Shown piece by piece: positions 27,701 to 39,422 of a stretch of 64,000 bases of DNA (position 1 is its first letter; each line of letters starts with the position of its first letter). The DNA is from Eledone cirrhosa. Lineage: Eukaryota. The notes below the pieces were generated by a model. That model worked only from the letters and a program-made list of their open reading frames with translations, had not been told where the DNA came from and made no database searches. The position numbers were made by a program, and so were the translations under genes. The stretch is from positions 39,432,001-39,496,000 of the forward strand of contig OZ024749.1 of assembly GCA_964016885.1 (NCBI GenBank). Reading direction: 5' to 3'.

Positions 27701-30700
27701 CTCCACTAGGTTTAAAATTGAAATACCCCAACATGTCATGTGTCAAGACGGTGCTCCTATACCCCAAGCATTGTTTGGTGTTGTGCAATTTGTTGACCAT
27801 GTGGTTATAGAGAAACTGTGTTTTGTAGAGTTGAAAAGCCCAGATATTTACCTATTCAATTTTTCTTTTTCAGTGAGCATCGTCTACCACCGACATCTAA
27901 TTCTGAAGTAAAGGTAAGTGACCAGTAGATGCTAATCTTTAAGGTTATTTCAACTCAAAATCATTCAAAGCCTTTTTTTGACAGGAGCACAATCTGTCAT
28001 CTGGTGGTCGTTAAGAAAACTACATGAGAGTAGTGCAAACCCTGTCAGCAAAGTGAGGGTAGGCAATGAGTTTAGTGAGGAATATAATGTTGAGATAGAT
28101 GTTTATCACAGCTTGGTCCACAGCCTACCCCTGTTTATTGTTGTTGTCCAGGCTATAACAAAGAATTTAAGACCATACTCTCCTGTATGTTGATAACCTT
28201 AGACCTACATATAACTGAATCTTTGGAAGTTTTGGAGAAGAAATACCAAGCATAGAAAAAATATCTAGAATTGTCTTAGCCAAAACTGAAATCTTAGCAA
28301 TTAAGAAAGAAGACAAGAACATGCTACCATCTAGAAAATGGCACTGCTCAGTCTGCAGAAAAGGAGTAGGTAGGAACTTTATGCAGTGCATACAGTGTAA
28401 ACTTTAGGTGCATAAGAGATGTAGTGGGATCACAGGAATGCTACCAGAGAAAAGATTTTATCCAGCTGCCATTGGTCACTCCATTTTATGCTCTACTAAA
28501 GTACACCATTTGTGTTCCTTATGCAGTCTGAGCAAAATGAAAATAGCTTCAAATGTATGAAGCTGGCAAATTGGCAGTTGTTAGAATGTCAGATAGAATG
28601 TTTTGTGGTATTCTTTTTGTCTATCTCTGCTCTAAGTTGATAGACTTTGTCTTTCATCTTTTCAAGGTTGATATAAAATGTACCAGTCTAATATTGGGGT
28701 CAATTCTTCCTCTGTATCTCTTTCTTACTTCCTCTTTAACACTCATTCATTCATTCTCTCCCTCTCTTCCGGAAGAAATTATCTGTGTTCAGACCTGTCT
28801 CTACCAGGTTTAAAATGCTGAAGACATCACTGCAGCATCTCCATGACTCCATCAGGAGTAACAGGTCCATAAATAAATTTAGTGAAATATTCTACCAGCT
28901 TTAATGAGATACAGTTTCACTTCTTTCACATAGTAAAAGTTATTGCCATTTTCATACTGTATGATTTAAAATGAAAACGTTTACATGATCATGCAATTCT
29001 TTAATTTATTGTTTTTTTTTTTTTTTAGCTGAGGCAACAAGAATATGAGAGAAGCCAAAAATGGATAAAAATGTTGAGAAGCTGGGACAAATATTATGGC
29101 GGAGAAAAGGTAGATTTAAATGTGTTCTCGTTATTTATTTATTGAAATCTCCATTTCTGTCCAACCACAAAAACATTTTCAGAGTTTGAATTTAACTGTG
29201 CAGTTGATTTTAATAATTGTTGTTAAATGCTAAATGATTATTAACAATTAACATTCCTAGGGTGGTAGATTGGCAGAATTGGTAGAGTGTCAGATAAAAG
29301 GCCATTGCAGTATTTGCTTTGGCTCTTTGTTTAATTCTTTAACATTTACATTACTCTATATATGCTATGGTATTTTTGTGGTAAAGGCTTATCTTACATA
29401 ATTATCTCACATAATATCAAATCTATGAGATTTTGATGTTATTTATTTTGAGAACAATTCTTTAACGTCAGTACGAACAGCCAGTTTTCATCCTTCCAGA
29501 GTTGATAAATACAAACCTTTTGTTAAATATTACAAATACCATTTTAATAAAGAGATAAATAATTATTTTAGTAAATCCATCCAAATTTTTTATTAACCCT
29601 TTAGTATTTAAACCAGCTGTATCCAACCAGAATTCTCTCACCTGTTTCTGTTCAAACTGGCTGTAACTGGCCACTCATATTGATGTTAAGGTATTGTTCT
29701 CAAAATAAATAATATCAAAATCTCATAGATTCAGTATTATGTGATTTTACTGCAAAAATATAATAGTAAAATATAGATTAATGTAAATGCTAAAGAGTTT
29801 ATTAATTCAAATATGGAGTAGTTCATTATATATATATATACGGTCTGAATTCAAATCCCGCCGAGGTTAACTTTGCCTTTCATCCTTACGGGGTCGATAA
29901 AATAAAGTACCAGTAATGTACTGGGTTATTGCTGGCCTTGTGCCAAAAGTAGAAACAATTATATATATATATATATATGGTAATGATATATATATATGTG
30001 GTAATTATATATATATATATGGTAATGAGAAGGCGTGTGGCTGAATGGTTAGAGAATTGGATTCACAATCTTGAGGCTGTGAGTTCGATTCCTGGACCGG
30101 GCGATGCATTATGTCCTTGGGCAAGACACTTTATTTCACGTTGCTCCTTCTACCTGGAGTTGCGACCGATAGATAGTACTAGCAACTGGAAAGACCAACG
30201 GAAACATTGTTTCCTCGGTCCGATTTGACGAAAGTCGATCGAAAAGATATGGTAATGAAAAGATTATCATTTTAAGATGAATTATAACTTAATTTTCTGT
30301 TTATTTTAAATCATTTTAATTATTTTCTAGATGACACGCCGGGTATATAAAGGTATCCCCGAGAGAATGCGTGGAATTGTCTGGGCACGACTTCTTGATG
30401 TAAAGAAAGTAAAATCAGAACAAGAAGGAATCTATGAGGTTGGTAATTATGAATTAGTGGAACAATGTCATCAATAATGATGGCATTAGCATTAAATGTA
30501 TTTCATCTTTGGAGTCTGGGATTTATATGTTATATGACCCAGGATTACTGGATATATGAACTATCATACAAAATGGGAAATTTGTGTTTTGATAAATTTA
30601 TGGTTTACATAAGATAAACTCAATAGTTGAGGTTGGTTACTGATGTGTAAAAGTGATTAAAAATTAAAATGATATTTTAATAATTTATTTCTAGGATATA

Positions 30701-33700
30701 TGTACAAATTATTTCAGCATGTCACATACAGGAATAAATATATATTGTAACATTGTATGGTAAGCTCTAATCACCTGGGCAGAGGTGGTTAAAGCTGATC
30801 TCAAAATGCTGTACCTCACCAAGATGACGAAGGAACAGTGAGTGGAAAGAGCATCCAACTCATGCAAGCACAGAAAAGTGAATGTAAAATAATGATGGTG
30901 ATAAGTGAGGTTGGCTTAAGACAAGAAAGCTGATGTTGAAGATGGTTATTAGAAGCATTATAAAGCAGCAAATTGACAGAGTTGCTAGGGCAAGGAATTA
31001 AAACTGCATAAGTATTTTGTTTCAGCTCATTGTGCTCTAAGTTCAAATCCTGCTGAGGTCAATTCTGCCTTTCATCCTTTTGAGTTTGATAAAGTACCAG
31101 TCCAATATTGGGGTTGATTCTCTTTTCCTCTCTCCCTTTCTCTGGAATAAGTCAGCTGAGTTACAACATGGAGAGGGATACAAGATATGTCATGTGTCAG
31201 GATGGTGCCCCTACAACTCAATCAGCAGTTAAGGGCCTTTTACATACTATTAGAAGCATTGTGGAAATGAAATAGTGAAGTAGATAAAGTTTTGGTTTAC
31301 ATACTAATGAAACCTATTTAATTGTATTTTGACAATTTGCTGAGTTGGTCTACTACTGTCAGATTCTTACAGTTTTTGATGCTTGCTAGATATTGTTGTG
31401 ATGGTCTTTTAGTAAATATTGTCATTTTGTTTTTCAAATAAACTTTTTGTGTATGATTTTAAATGTATACAACTGTTGATGAAATATTTTACCTATTCAG
31501 TTGCTATTTATAAAGATGTCATACAATATGGTGAAAGTGTGTGGTTTAGTAGCAAGGCTGTTTGGCTCACAACCGTAAGGTGGTAAGTTCAATTCCTGGT
31601 GTTGGGTTGTGTTCTTGAGCAAGATAGTTTATTTCTTGTTGCTCCAGTCCACTTAGCAGGCAAAAATAAGTTGTACTTGTAATTCAAAGGACAGTCTTTT
31701 CACACACTCCCACACTGAATCTCCTTGGAAACTAAGTTGAAGGTACATGTGCCTGTGGGATGCTCAGTCACTTGCACATTAATTTCTCAAGTAGGCTGTT
31801 GTGTTGGTCGAACAGCTGGAACACTTGTCTTCAGAATCAATTGAGGTCCCACACACACTCGCTGTGATAAAGCATATGAATCTGTTCTGGTTATAAATCA
31901 GTTGTTGTATGTTTCCTTTGTAGAAAATGATAATGCGCTCAAGAAAAGTTTCGCCATATATTAAACAAATTGATATGGATGTGAACCGGACATACCGAAA
32001 CAATATCATGTTTAGAGATAGATATGGTGTAAAGTAAGTATATTGTTCCTTTACTGGTGAAAATATATCACATCTCTCATGTAGGACTCATATTATTGTT
32101 TGAAGAATACTTCTTTAACCCTTTAGCATTTAAACAGGCGATGTCCGGCCAGAATTCTCTCGTACTGATGTTAAGGTATTGTTTTCAAAATGATTAACAT
32201 CAAAATCTCGTAGATTTAATATTATGTGAGATAATTATAAAAGATAAAGCCTTTACCACAAAAATACAATAGTATATATAGAGTAATGAAATACACTGCT
32301 TTTTAATTAATTATTAAAGAATTTGAAGGGATTTACAAAAGTTAGTATATCATTAATTTGATATAGGATGGTGGATTGGCAGTATCAGTAGAGCAAAGGA
32401 CTGTTATCTGGTGTTTGCTTATGACTTTCTATGCTCTGATTTCAAATCCTGCCAAGGCTAACTTTGCCTTTCATTTTACAGAGGTTGTGCACTGGGAGTC
32501 AATTTCCCCTCTCCATAAATTGCTGGTTTTGTGCCTAAGTTAGAAATAATTATTAAGATGATACTTTTAATATGAAGAACCCTATTTCAGCTACTTGTAT
32601 TCATGACCATGGGTAACAGTTGGCACAAATACTGAATTGAATATAACGAGGTTGACTTTTACTCTTACCTCTTTTTCTCTGATGATGGAATACTGAAGCT
32701 GGTGCAGTATTACACCAGCTCTTGCAATACTTGCACTTAATTCAGACTCCTACCTTCCATCACTTGTGAATATGGCCCCAAGATACTTGAACTCCTCCAC
32801 CTGCTTCAGTGGAACTCCATTCACATGTAGAGTGCACTATGCGGGCTTCTTTGAGAAAAAGAATGTCTCACTCTTTGCAGAACTGGGTTTATTACTCCGG
32901 CCATGCAGCAAACGTATCAAGTGCAAGTTGGATATCACATTCTGTTAAGTAATACCATGTCACCAGCAAATCCTAGCTGACTGATCCTACACCCCGCTTG
33001 TCATGATACCACTTCCAAACTGGCTACACATGTCAATCCTGTTCATAAAGATTATGAATAGGAGAGATGTCAGTACACACACTTGGCGGCGTCTAACTCA
33101 CTTTGAATGGTTTTGCTTTAGCAACATTTATCCGAAAACAAATATGATAGAATTCATATAGGGTCATAAGGGCATCAAGAAGCTGTAGAACCTTCCATAG
33201 CAGATCCCTTTTGAGGTTTATGAAGCAAGCATACACCTCTCGGCGGTATTCCCATTATTTGTCAAAAACCTGCTGCAGTGTAAATATTTGGGGCGAAAAC
33301 CATATTGTTCATCAACGAGATTGGATTCAACAATCTCCTTCCATCTCTTTGCTGAGCAAGATGGTTGGATAACATCCATGAGCTTGGCTGGCCTTGCTTG
33401 GGGATCCAGCTGGATCAATTGGAGACAGTTGCTTCTGACAGGAAAGCCAACAATCCTGTCTTTGACACAAAACAAAATGTATTTGTATCTTCCCTCTAGG
33501 AGGAAGTTAAACTGAAATAAAAATTGTAAATTTTTTATATTTTTTTATTTTAGACAAAAAGCTTTGTTCAATGTATTGTCTGGATACTCAATGTACAACA
33601 CAGAGGTTGGTTACTGTCAAGGAATGAGCGAAATAGCTGCTCTGCTTCTTATGTACTTGGATGAAGAGGTAAGTCCTGAATATTCTTAACATTTTTAATC

Positions 33701-36700
33701 GCCTCACGTTAAACGATGATGATGATGTGATGCAATTAATTTAGAACAAACTACCTAGGTATTGCTTTCCTGACCGTTTTAGGAAAAGGGTCAATAAGTA
33801 CCTCTCTGTGTCATAGTTTTATTCAAACTGCCAGTTCGTTCATCATTTTCACACTTACAGCAGTCACTCTTCTCCATGCTTCCCGAGATCCGCCAACACT
33901 ACAGCTAACACATACAAACATGTACTTCCCTGACATTTGTGTATTATTCTATGTACTATATTGACGAGTTGTAGTGCACCTGAGCACTTTACACAATAAT
34001 TTCATTATTATTATTATTTCCCCTCATCCTTTTCTCTATGTTCATCCTGTCATGCAACCCATAACCTAGAGTGGCTTTAAAGCCTTGTTATGTGGGGACC
34101 TTTAGAACATAAAAAAATATTCACATTGCTCTGTACACTAAAAAAAGATACTAGAAACATTTGAATTAACAAACCAGGTTTTGGATGCTTTCTGCTAAAT
34201 TATTGCAGGATATTAAGAGTTAATGAAAACAAACTATATCTTTTTCATTAGGAGTATAATATAGGCAGACATAGCATTGATTAAAACTAGCCATATACGG
34301 ATGTTTTACTTCAGACAATCCTCTTCCCTCTCCCAGCTTTTACTTGTAACTCCTCTAATTATTAGATTTAATTCTGTCACTGTTATCATGGTTGATAATG
34401 TTCATAATCTTCTATTTTCTTTTTCTGTAGGATTCTTTTTGGGGTCTTTCACAGTTACTGACTGATAAAAAACACGGCATGCATGGTGAGTTGGATTTTT
34501 TCTTAAATCTCTACTTACTGATTCTTCTGATAGACTACATTGTATTGAAATTAATTGGTGAAGAATTTTGAAAAATTTCCTAAAACTATTTCAATTATTA
34601 AGGTGGTATTTGTAACATAAAAAGGTTTTTATATGTAATTATTTTGGAAGATTTTGATTTAAATTGGAACCTTCTAATTGGGTGGTTTGGTATCAAAAGA
34701 GTAAAATCACTACTATTATTAGTAGTTGTGAATTACACCTTTTAAAAAAAAGAAGGGTCCATGACCATTCCAGGTTTTCCCATACTGGAAAGCTTGATAA
34801 TCTTCATATTTAACCTGAATGTCTGCCAGGATGGTACATCTCTTTTTTCACTGAGCTGAAGATCTATGAAAACTGACTTTTCATTCCTTCTTTCCAACTG
34901 ATGTTGAGATCCAGTCAATTACATTTCTATTTTATTTTTAATAAAAACTTTCGGAGATCTTAAGTGTTTATGATTTTCTTTTAGGTTTATTTATACCTGG
35001 TTTTCCAAAACTGATCCGACTTCAAGATCATCATGATAATATTCTTCGAAAGTATTTGGGTAAAGTTCGAAAACATTTGGTAAACATTTAATTTTCAAAT
35101 TTTCTATCTATTCTGTTATAACATGTTTTTTATTTAATCCCCTTAGACAATAACATATATTTTATGTGCTCTTAGTCAATAACATATATTCTAAAATCTT
35201 CTTAGTCAATAACATATATTCCATAATCTTCTTAGTCAATTACATATATTCTATAATCTTCTTAGTCAACCACATATATTCTATAATCTTCTTAGTCAAT
35301 AATATCTTAGTCTTATGGCATATTATCAGTCCACTTAGTCCTTTACAATCTAATACGAGTAATAATGGTTGTCAATTCAAATGTGCAGCCCTTTTTATTT
35401 TTCCTTGTTTTGTTTTTCAGCTAAAACACGAAGTATATCCTACATTGTATAGCATAAAATGGTTTTTGCAGTGTTTTCTTGACAGAGTGAGTTATTTTCT
35501 TATAAATACAAATTTTATTCTTATTTAATTTGCTATTTATGTCTACTGTGAGGTGTGTTGGTTGTGTGTGGATCGTACCTTTGTAAGAAAAGTTTGTAAC
35601 CACCTTTGGAAATGACTAGATTTGTAGAATATGGAGGGTAAAAGGGAGTAAAAAAACCATCAGAATTTTGCAAATCTATACAAATACGATATTTATATAT
35701 ATAAACTGCTCCACATGTCATATTTTTCTCCTAAAGGAATGAAGTTCTGTTTATCTTTTCAAATTTTTATTAATTCTGTATTTTATTTTTTATTTTTTAT
35801 TTTTTGTTGTTGTTTTATCTTTCAGACACCATTTTCCCTGAATTTACGGCTGTGGGATATCTTTATGCTTGAAGGAGAGCGATTGCTTGTGGGTATGGCG
35901 TATAACATTTGTAAAATGCATCGAAGTAAGTTAACTAACATCCTTTTGATAATAATTTTCATTTGTTTACATTTTTTTAAATGCTATTCTGGCTCTTTGA
36001 ATTCAAATCTTGCTGAGGTCAGCAAGATTTATTCTTTGGGGATGAATGAAAAAAAAAGGGAACCAATTCTTCCTGTATATGTCTTTCTCATTTCCCCTTT
36101 TACACATACTCTCTCTCTCTCTTTCACACATACACAAAGAAATTGGCTGCATTCAGACATGGCAAAATGATGAGCTTCACCAAGTTTAAAGTGTGATGGC
36201 AGCACCATACTTCCTTCAACAATTACAGGTCCCTACATACATACAAACTCATGTTGCCACAAACATCATTTGCTGATTGATTTCTCTATCAGTTAACTTG
36301 CTTTCTTAGTTCTGTAGTCAACTTATAATCAGTATGGTATGTTTTAGACTCTAGTAATTCCACTGTAGCTCTATAATTAATTCCACCATGATGCGTAATA
36401 AATATTTCCACTGTATCTATGTAAATAATTCCACTATGTATACATAGTGGAAATATTTAGTTTGCTGGTTTCTCTTAGGCTTCCTTATGTTAATTCCAAT
36501 GTTTTGTTCATTGAGCTTTATTATAACATTCAGTAATTTTTATTCTTGAACTACAAATTTGTAAATGGAAACATCTTTTTATATTTTCAGGAAAACTTCT
36601 TCGAATGCAAATGGATGAAATCCTGAATTTTCTTCATTACCAGTTAGAGAAAGATTTTGGATATGATGATGACACTGTCATTGACCAACTTCAGTTAAGT

Positions 36701-37642
36701 TTAGATGAACTACGTAAAGGTAAAATGGATGTTGGACCAAAACCGAAAGCAAGCGAATTTCCAACTTTACCATTTGGCTTAGATATCCAACCAAGCATTG
36801 AACAGTATATCAATAAGAAGCCCATTGAATCACTTGACGAACATTTCCGTAAGAATGCCCGAAGTGGAAAGTCCTATGCAAGAAAACGAGCTACAAGCAG
36901 TGGTACTACACCTGAGCTATCTCGAAGTCGAGCTGACACGAGATCAATGCAATCAGGTCAATATTCAGAATACTCAACTGATGATCGGTCATCATATTAC
37001 GACACAGCAACTAACTCTCGGTTATCTTTGATTGATTTTAACTCGAGAACATCAAATCAAAGTTCTAGGACTTCCTTTGCAGATGCCTCTGATATTAGTT
37101 TGTCAATAGGAATGGAAAGTACGAGCAATATAGATGAAGTGGACGCTGCTTCAGCTGATGCTGGCTCAGCGGAGACAGCTCGCGAGTTTATGATTGGTTC
37201 AAAGACTCCTGAAGGTATGATAGTTGACGATGAATTTGGTAAAGAGTCTGGTGAAAATGTGCAAACCCCTGATTATGATAATCTTAATGACAAAGACAAT
37301 GATATCAATGATGATATTGAAGCGATACCTTCTAATATCCCTATCAGTAAATCTGATGGGTTTATTGTTACTAGAAGTCCTGGGACAAGGCAAAACCTCA
37401 CCAATGGATTCAGCCAACAGTCAGATCATTGTGAAAACATCATCAAAGTCTCTTCATCCGATCATTATATCAGTGGGGTAAGTGGACAACAAGAAACATT
37501 TCAAGAGCAGAATGGTTTCTTAGAGAAACAAGATTTAAATATTAGCACTGCCACTGTTGCACCGCCAGCTGTTGTCACTATGCCAGCTAAAGAGTTGACC
37601 ACTATACAAATGACAAAGCCCAGTGTGTATATGTACATGTAA
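9815..37642 (+). CDS. USP6NL: USP6 N-terminal-like / RN-tre TBC-domain Rab GTPase-activating protein, 13 coding exons, ~661 aa
   Basis: Exons 9815-9818, 22012-22085, 27323-27408, 27874-27913, 29029-29109, 30331-30438, 31924-32033, 33554-33668, 34431-34485, 34985-35079, 35421-35486, 35826-35925, 36591-37642. All are GT-AG with compatible phases (total 1986 nt). Translation gives [43 protein letters not shown] (R finger), EVGYCQGM (Q finger), [21 protein letters not shown], matching USP6NL as I recall it. Confidence 0.95.
9921..10126 (+). mobile_element. piggyBac-type MITE copy
   Basis: Ends aaatgctatagggttaa. Confidence 0.75.
11020..11700 (-). mobile_element. RTE-clade LINE reverse transcriptase fragment
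   Basis: [21 protein letters not shown] and [29 protein letters not shown] motifs with frameshifts. Confidence 0.85.
13128..13262 (+). mobile_element. Internally deleted tRNA-headed SINE
   Basis: Head identical to the 56326 copy, fused directly to the gggcatccagctg...gatgatg tail. Confidence 0.8.
14730..14795 (-). ncRNA. Minimal type I hammerhead ribozyme motif (intact core)
   Basis: Minus strand reads TATTTTGT CTGAAGA tggcataacatattgttaatatgatatccct GAAA TATATA TA ACGAAATA. Confidence 0.7.
14977..15037 (-). ncRNA. Hammerhead motif copy with G at the cleavage position (likely inactive)
   Basis: TATTTTAT CTGATGA gtgcgcaccaaagttttggtaccctt GAAA TATATA TG ATAGAATA. Confidence 0.6.
15533..15583 (+). 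ncRNA. Degenerate hammerhead-like motif, different family
   Basis: tagtacca CTGATGA t-gttgca-gatg-tgcaac GAAA gaac TT tgttagacta; stems I and III are imperfect. Confidence 0.4.
15877..16222 (-). mobile_element. SINE body and tail (RTE-type tail) inserted into a hammerhead element
   Basis: catcatc..cgttttacgtcc...ctggatgcccttcctaacacc family sequence. Confidence 0.75.
16274..16334 (-). ncRNA. Minimal type I hammerhead ribozyme motif (intact core)
   Basis: TATTTTAT CTGATGA aagtgtaccaa-agtg-ttggtaccctt GAAA TATATA TA ATAGAATA. Confidence 0.78.
16822..17152. repeat. 84-bp tandem repeat, ~4 copies
   Basis: gataaaacat recurs at 16901, 16985, 17069. Confidence 0.95.
17640..17834 (-). mobile_element. 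RTE-like LINE 3' end fragment
   Basis: [19 protein letters not shown]...[11 protein letters not shown], typical of an ORF2 C-terminus. Confidence 0.8.
18012..18207 (+). mobile_element. SINE with Meta-domain-like core (gcctttcatccttacggggtcgataaaataaagtaccag)
   Basis: B-box gagttcaaatcc. Many copies: 8690-8805, 12612-12800, 19793-19985, 20632-21437, 25240-25440, 29841-29960, 42665-42770, 45755-45935, 62585-63935. Confidence 0.8.
19300..19760 (+). mobile_element. RTE LINE 3' fragment with (GAA)n tail
   Basis: [20 protein letters not shown] and GRRPR..W motifs; same family as 11020-11700, 26660-26960, 32590-33460, 55710-55950. Confidence 0.8.
20632..21437 (-). mobile_element. Four head-to-tail SINE copies
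   Basis: Repeated ggcacaaggcc...aggatgaaaggcaaag...tttgaactcag units separated by (TAA)n. Confidence 0.85.
21471..21820 (+). mobile_element. R4/Dong-like non-LTR 3' end (REL endonuclease C-terminus)
   Basis: [20 protein letters not shown]...IPIVIEALG...[14 protein letters not shown]; flanked by (TAA)n. Confidence 0.75.
22012..22085 (+). CDS. USP6NL: USP6NL exon [24 protein letters not shown]
   Basis: tttcag / gtagag junctions; matches the ERAEIVAKYD-type N-terminus. Confidence 0.9.
26040..26373. repeat. ~27-bp minisatellite (ttattatagcagtaatagggaccaggg)
   Basis: About 12 diverged copies. Confidence 0.9.
27021..27091 (-). ncRNA. Degenerate hammerhead motif in a (TA)n-flanked insertion
   Basis: TATTTTGT CTGAGGA gaacatg...catcttc GAAA TATA TA gc; 3' strand of stem I mostly lost. 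Confidence 0.45.
27323..27408 (+). CDS. USP6NL: USP6NL exon [28 protein letters not shown]
   Basis: ttttag / gtaagt; conserved motif. Confidence 0.95.
27874..27913 (+). CDS. USP6NL: USP6NL 40-nt exon (H)[13 protein letters not shown]
   Basis: Polypyrimidine cag / gtaagt; bridges phase 2 to phase 0. Confidence 0.85.
27960..28460 (+). mobile_element. RTE-like LINE RT fragment with Cys-rich insertion
   Basis: [16 protein letters not shown] motif and [28 protein letters not shown]. Confidence 0.7.
29029..29109 (+). CDS. USP6NL: USP6NL exon [27 protein letters not shown]
   Basis: polyT-ag / gtagat; KWxKM motif. Confidence 0.95.
30331..30438 (+). CDS. USP6NL: USP6NL exon [22 protein letters not shown]...IYE (TBC start)
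   Basis: ttctag / gttggt; GIP..RG.VW motif. Confidence 0.95.
31924..32033 (+). CDS. USP6NL: USP6NL exon with TBC arginine finger ([11 protein letters not shown])
   Basis: tgtag / gtaagt; IxxDxxR motif. Confidence 0.95.
32590..33460. mobile_element. Rearranged RTE LINE fragments
   Basis: Minus strand EQYGFRP and [18 protein letters not shown]; plus-strand 3' end piece at 33350-33445. Confidence 0.75.
33554..33668 (+). CDS. USP6NL: USP6NL exon with TBC glutamine finger (EVGYCQGM)
   Basis: ttttag / gtaagt; YxQG motif. Confidence 0.95.
34431..34485 (+). CDS. USP6NL: USP6NL exon [18 protein letters not shown]
   Basis: ctgtag / gtgagt. Confidence 0.93.
34985..35079 (+). CDS. USP6NL: USP6NL exon [32 protein letters not shown]
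   Basis: tttag / gtaaac. Confidence 0.95.
35145..35305. repeat. 30-bp tandem repeat (cttagtcaataacatatattctataatctt)
   Basis: About 5 copies within an intron. Confidence 0.9.
35421..35486 (+). CDS. USP6NL: USP6NL exon [22 protein letters not shown]
   Basis: tttcag / gtgagt. Confidence 0.95.
35826..35925 (+). CDS. USP6NL: USP6NL exon [33 protein letters not shown]
   Basis: ttcag / gtaagt. Confidence 0.95.
36591..37642 (+). CDS. USP6NL: USP6NL terminal coding exon (end of TBC region plus Ser/Thr/Asp-rich tail)
   Basis: tttcag acceptor; contains ORF 36605-37642 with [15 protein letters not shown] motif; TAA stop. Confidence 0.93.
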
Positions 37643-38403
37643 ACAAATAAGAATATTTTGTAATTACACATTTCTTTCACTTCGTCCCTTAAAAGCAATT
37701 GTTTAAATATGATGACATGAATTTTAAAGAAGTTAAATTGAAGAAACCGAGGCTTCAGTGTATAAATCTACTTTCATACAAAACAAAACAAAAGAAAAAG
37801 AAAGAAAGAAACATTGTTTCCCCCTTCCCCCCACTCCAGACACTATATTTTTCCTTGTTACATTAACTATCATCACTCCAACAACATTCTCTTTTTAGTC
37901 TTATTATTCTGGGTATTTATTTTTCTCTTTTTCTCTGGTAGAACTAGCAAATTATAACAAATCTACTTAGTTGTTATATTTTTATTTGCAACACACACAC
38001 ACAAACAAATATATATACACATGTATATGTGTATTATGTACACACGTGTATACATACAAATATATATATATATATTATATGTACACACGTGTATACATAC
38101 AAATATATATATATATAGAGATATGCACACATGTGTATACATACAAATATATATATATATAAATAGACATGTGTATACATGCAAATATATATATAGATAT
38201 GCACACACGTGTATACATACAAATATATATATATATAGAGATGTATACATATACACACACACATATGTGTGTATATACATATTGTGTGGCCTTTGAGTCA
38301 TTGATATAGCTTCACAGCTATAATAAATTATACATCACTCTATCCATGTATTGAGTTTTGTTCCTTATATTTGCATAGCCAAACCTCTCTCTCTCTCTCT
38401 CTC

Positions 38404-38441
<38 letters not shown>

Positions 38442-38448
38442 ATTATGA

Positions 38449-38673
38449 TAGTGGCAATTGAAAATAGAATTAGAAGCTTTCACTGTGAATTGACTACAGA
38501 AAATAGTCTAATAATGGAAAAAAGGGTGTTACAGTGTTACCAAGCATTTCCCACGCATGCTGATGGCCATTCTTTTTCTGTTATGGGGGTTCATATGTCC
38601 TAATATTTGACTTTTCTGTAGTCAATTCACAGTGAAAGCTTTTAATTTGATTTTCAATATTCAATTGCCACTG
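38449..38673. mobile_element. MITE with ~60-bp TIRs (CAGTGGCAATTG-type end, TA flank), in the probable USP6NL 3'UTR
   Basis: gtggcaattgaaaatagaattagaagctttcactgtgaattgactacagaaaa mirrored at 38609-38673; second copy at 55224-55640. Confidence 0.8.
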
Positions 38674-38757
38674 TATCCTAATTTAGATGTGTATATATAT
38701 ATATAAATAAAATGTTCATACATGCACACATGTATATATCTGTGTGTGTCTATATAA

Positions 38758-38804
<47 letters not shown>

Positions 38805-39416
38805 ATGTTCATACATGCACACATGTATATATCTGTGTGTGTCTATATATATATATATATGCACACACGTGTGTGTATGTCTACATACAATCCACTTCCA
38901 TCTAATTTAATCATGAAGTTGTTACATGTTTGTTTCCAAAATTTAATGACAAACACATTTGATAGCTATTTGACAATTTGTTATAAGCTATTTCCTCTTT
39001 GTCATTTTCTCTCTATTTCTACCTTCCCTCTGTCCCATTATATTTTTCATAAACACACATACACACCCCAAATATTACACACCTAATGTCTTTATATTTC
39101 TAAGATAAGGTGTACCCTCATACTATCACATGTCAATGCAAAGGGGTCATAATATTATAATGGCTTCTTCATGTCCTATCTACTCCCTTGTCTGTTGTTA
39201 ATTTAACAGAGAACAGTATTTGAATTTGCCCAATATTTGAAATTCATTTCTGATTCTCTTGGTTTGTTGAATTCTGGATTGAATTAATGCTTCATTGTAA
39301 TATTATTTTTTTGGTTTTTGTTTTTTGTTTTGTTTTCAAATTAAAATATCTGCTTGTCTCATTTCCTATATTGTCATATACTATTGTTTTGAATGATTTA
39401 ATCAAGACAAGGATGC

Positions 39417-39422
39417 AATAAA
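39417..39422 (+). terminator. Candidate polyadenylation signal of USP6NL
   Basis: AATAAA about 1.8 kb after the stop, following a U-rich UTR-like stretch; other AATAAA copies exist. Confidence 0.3.
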
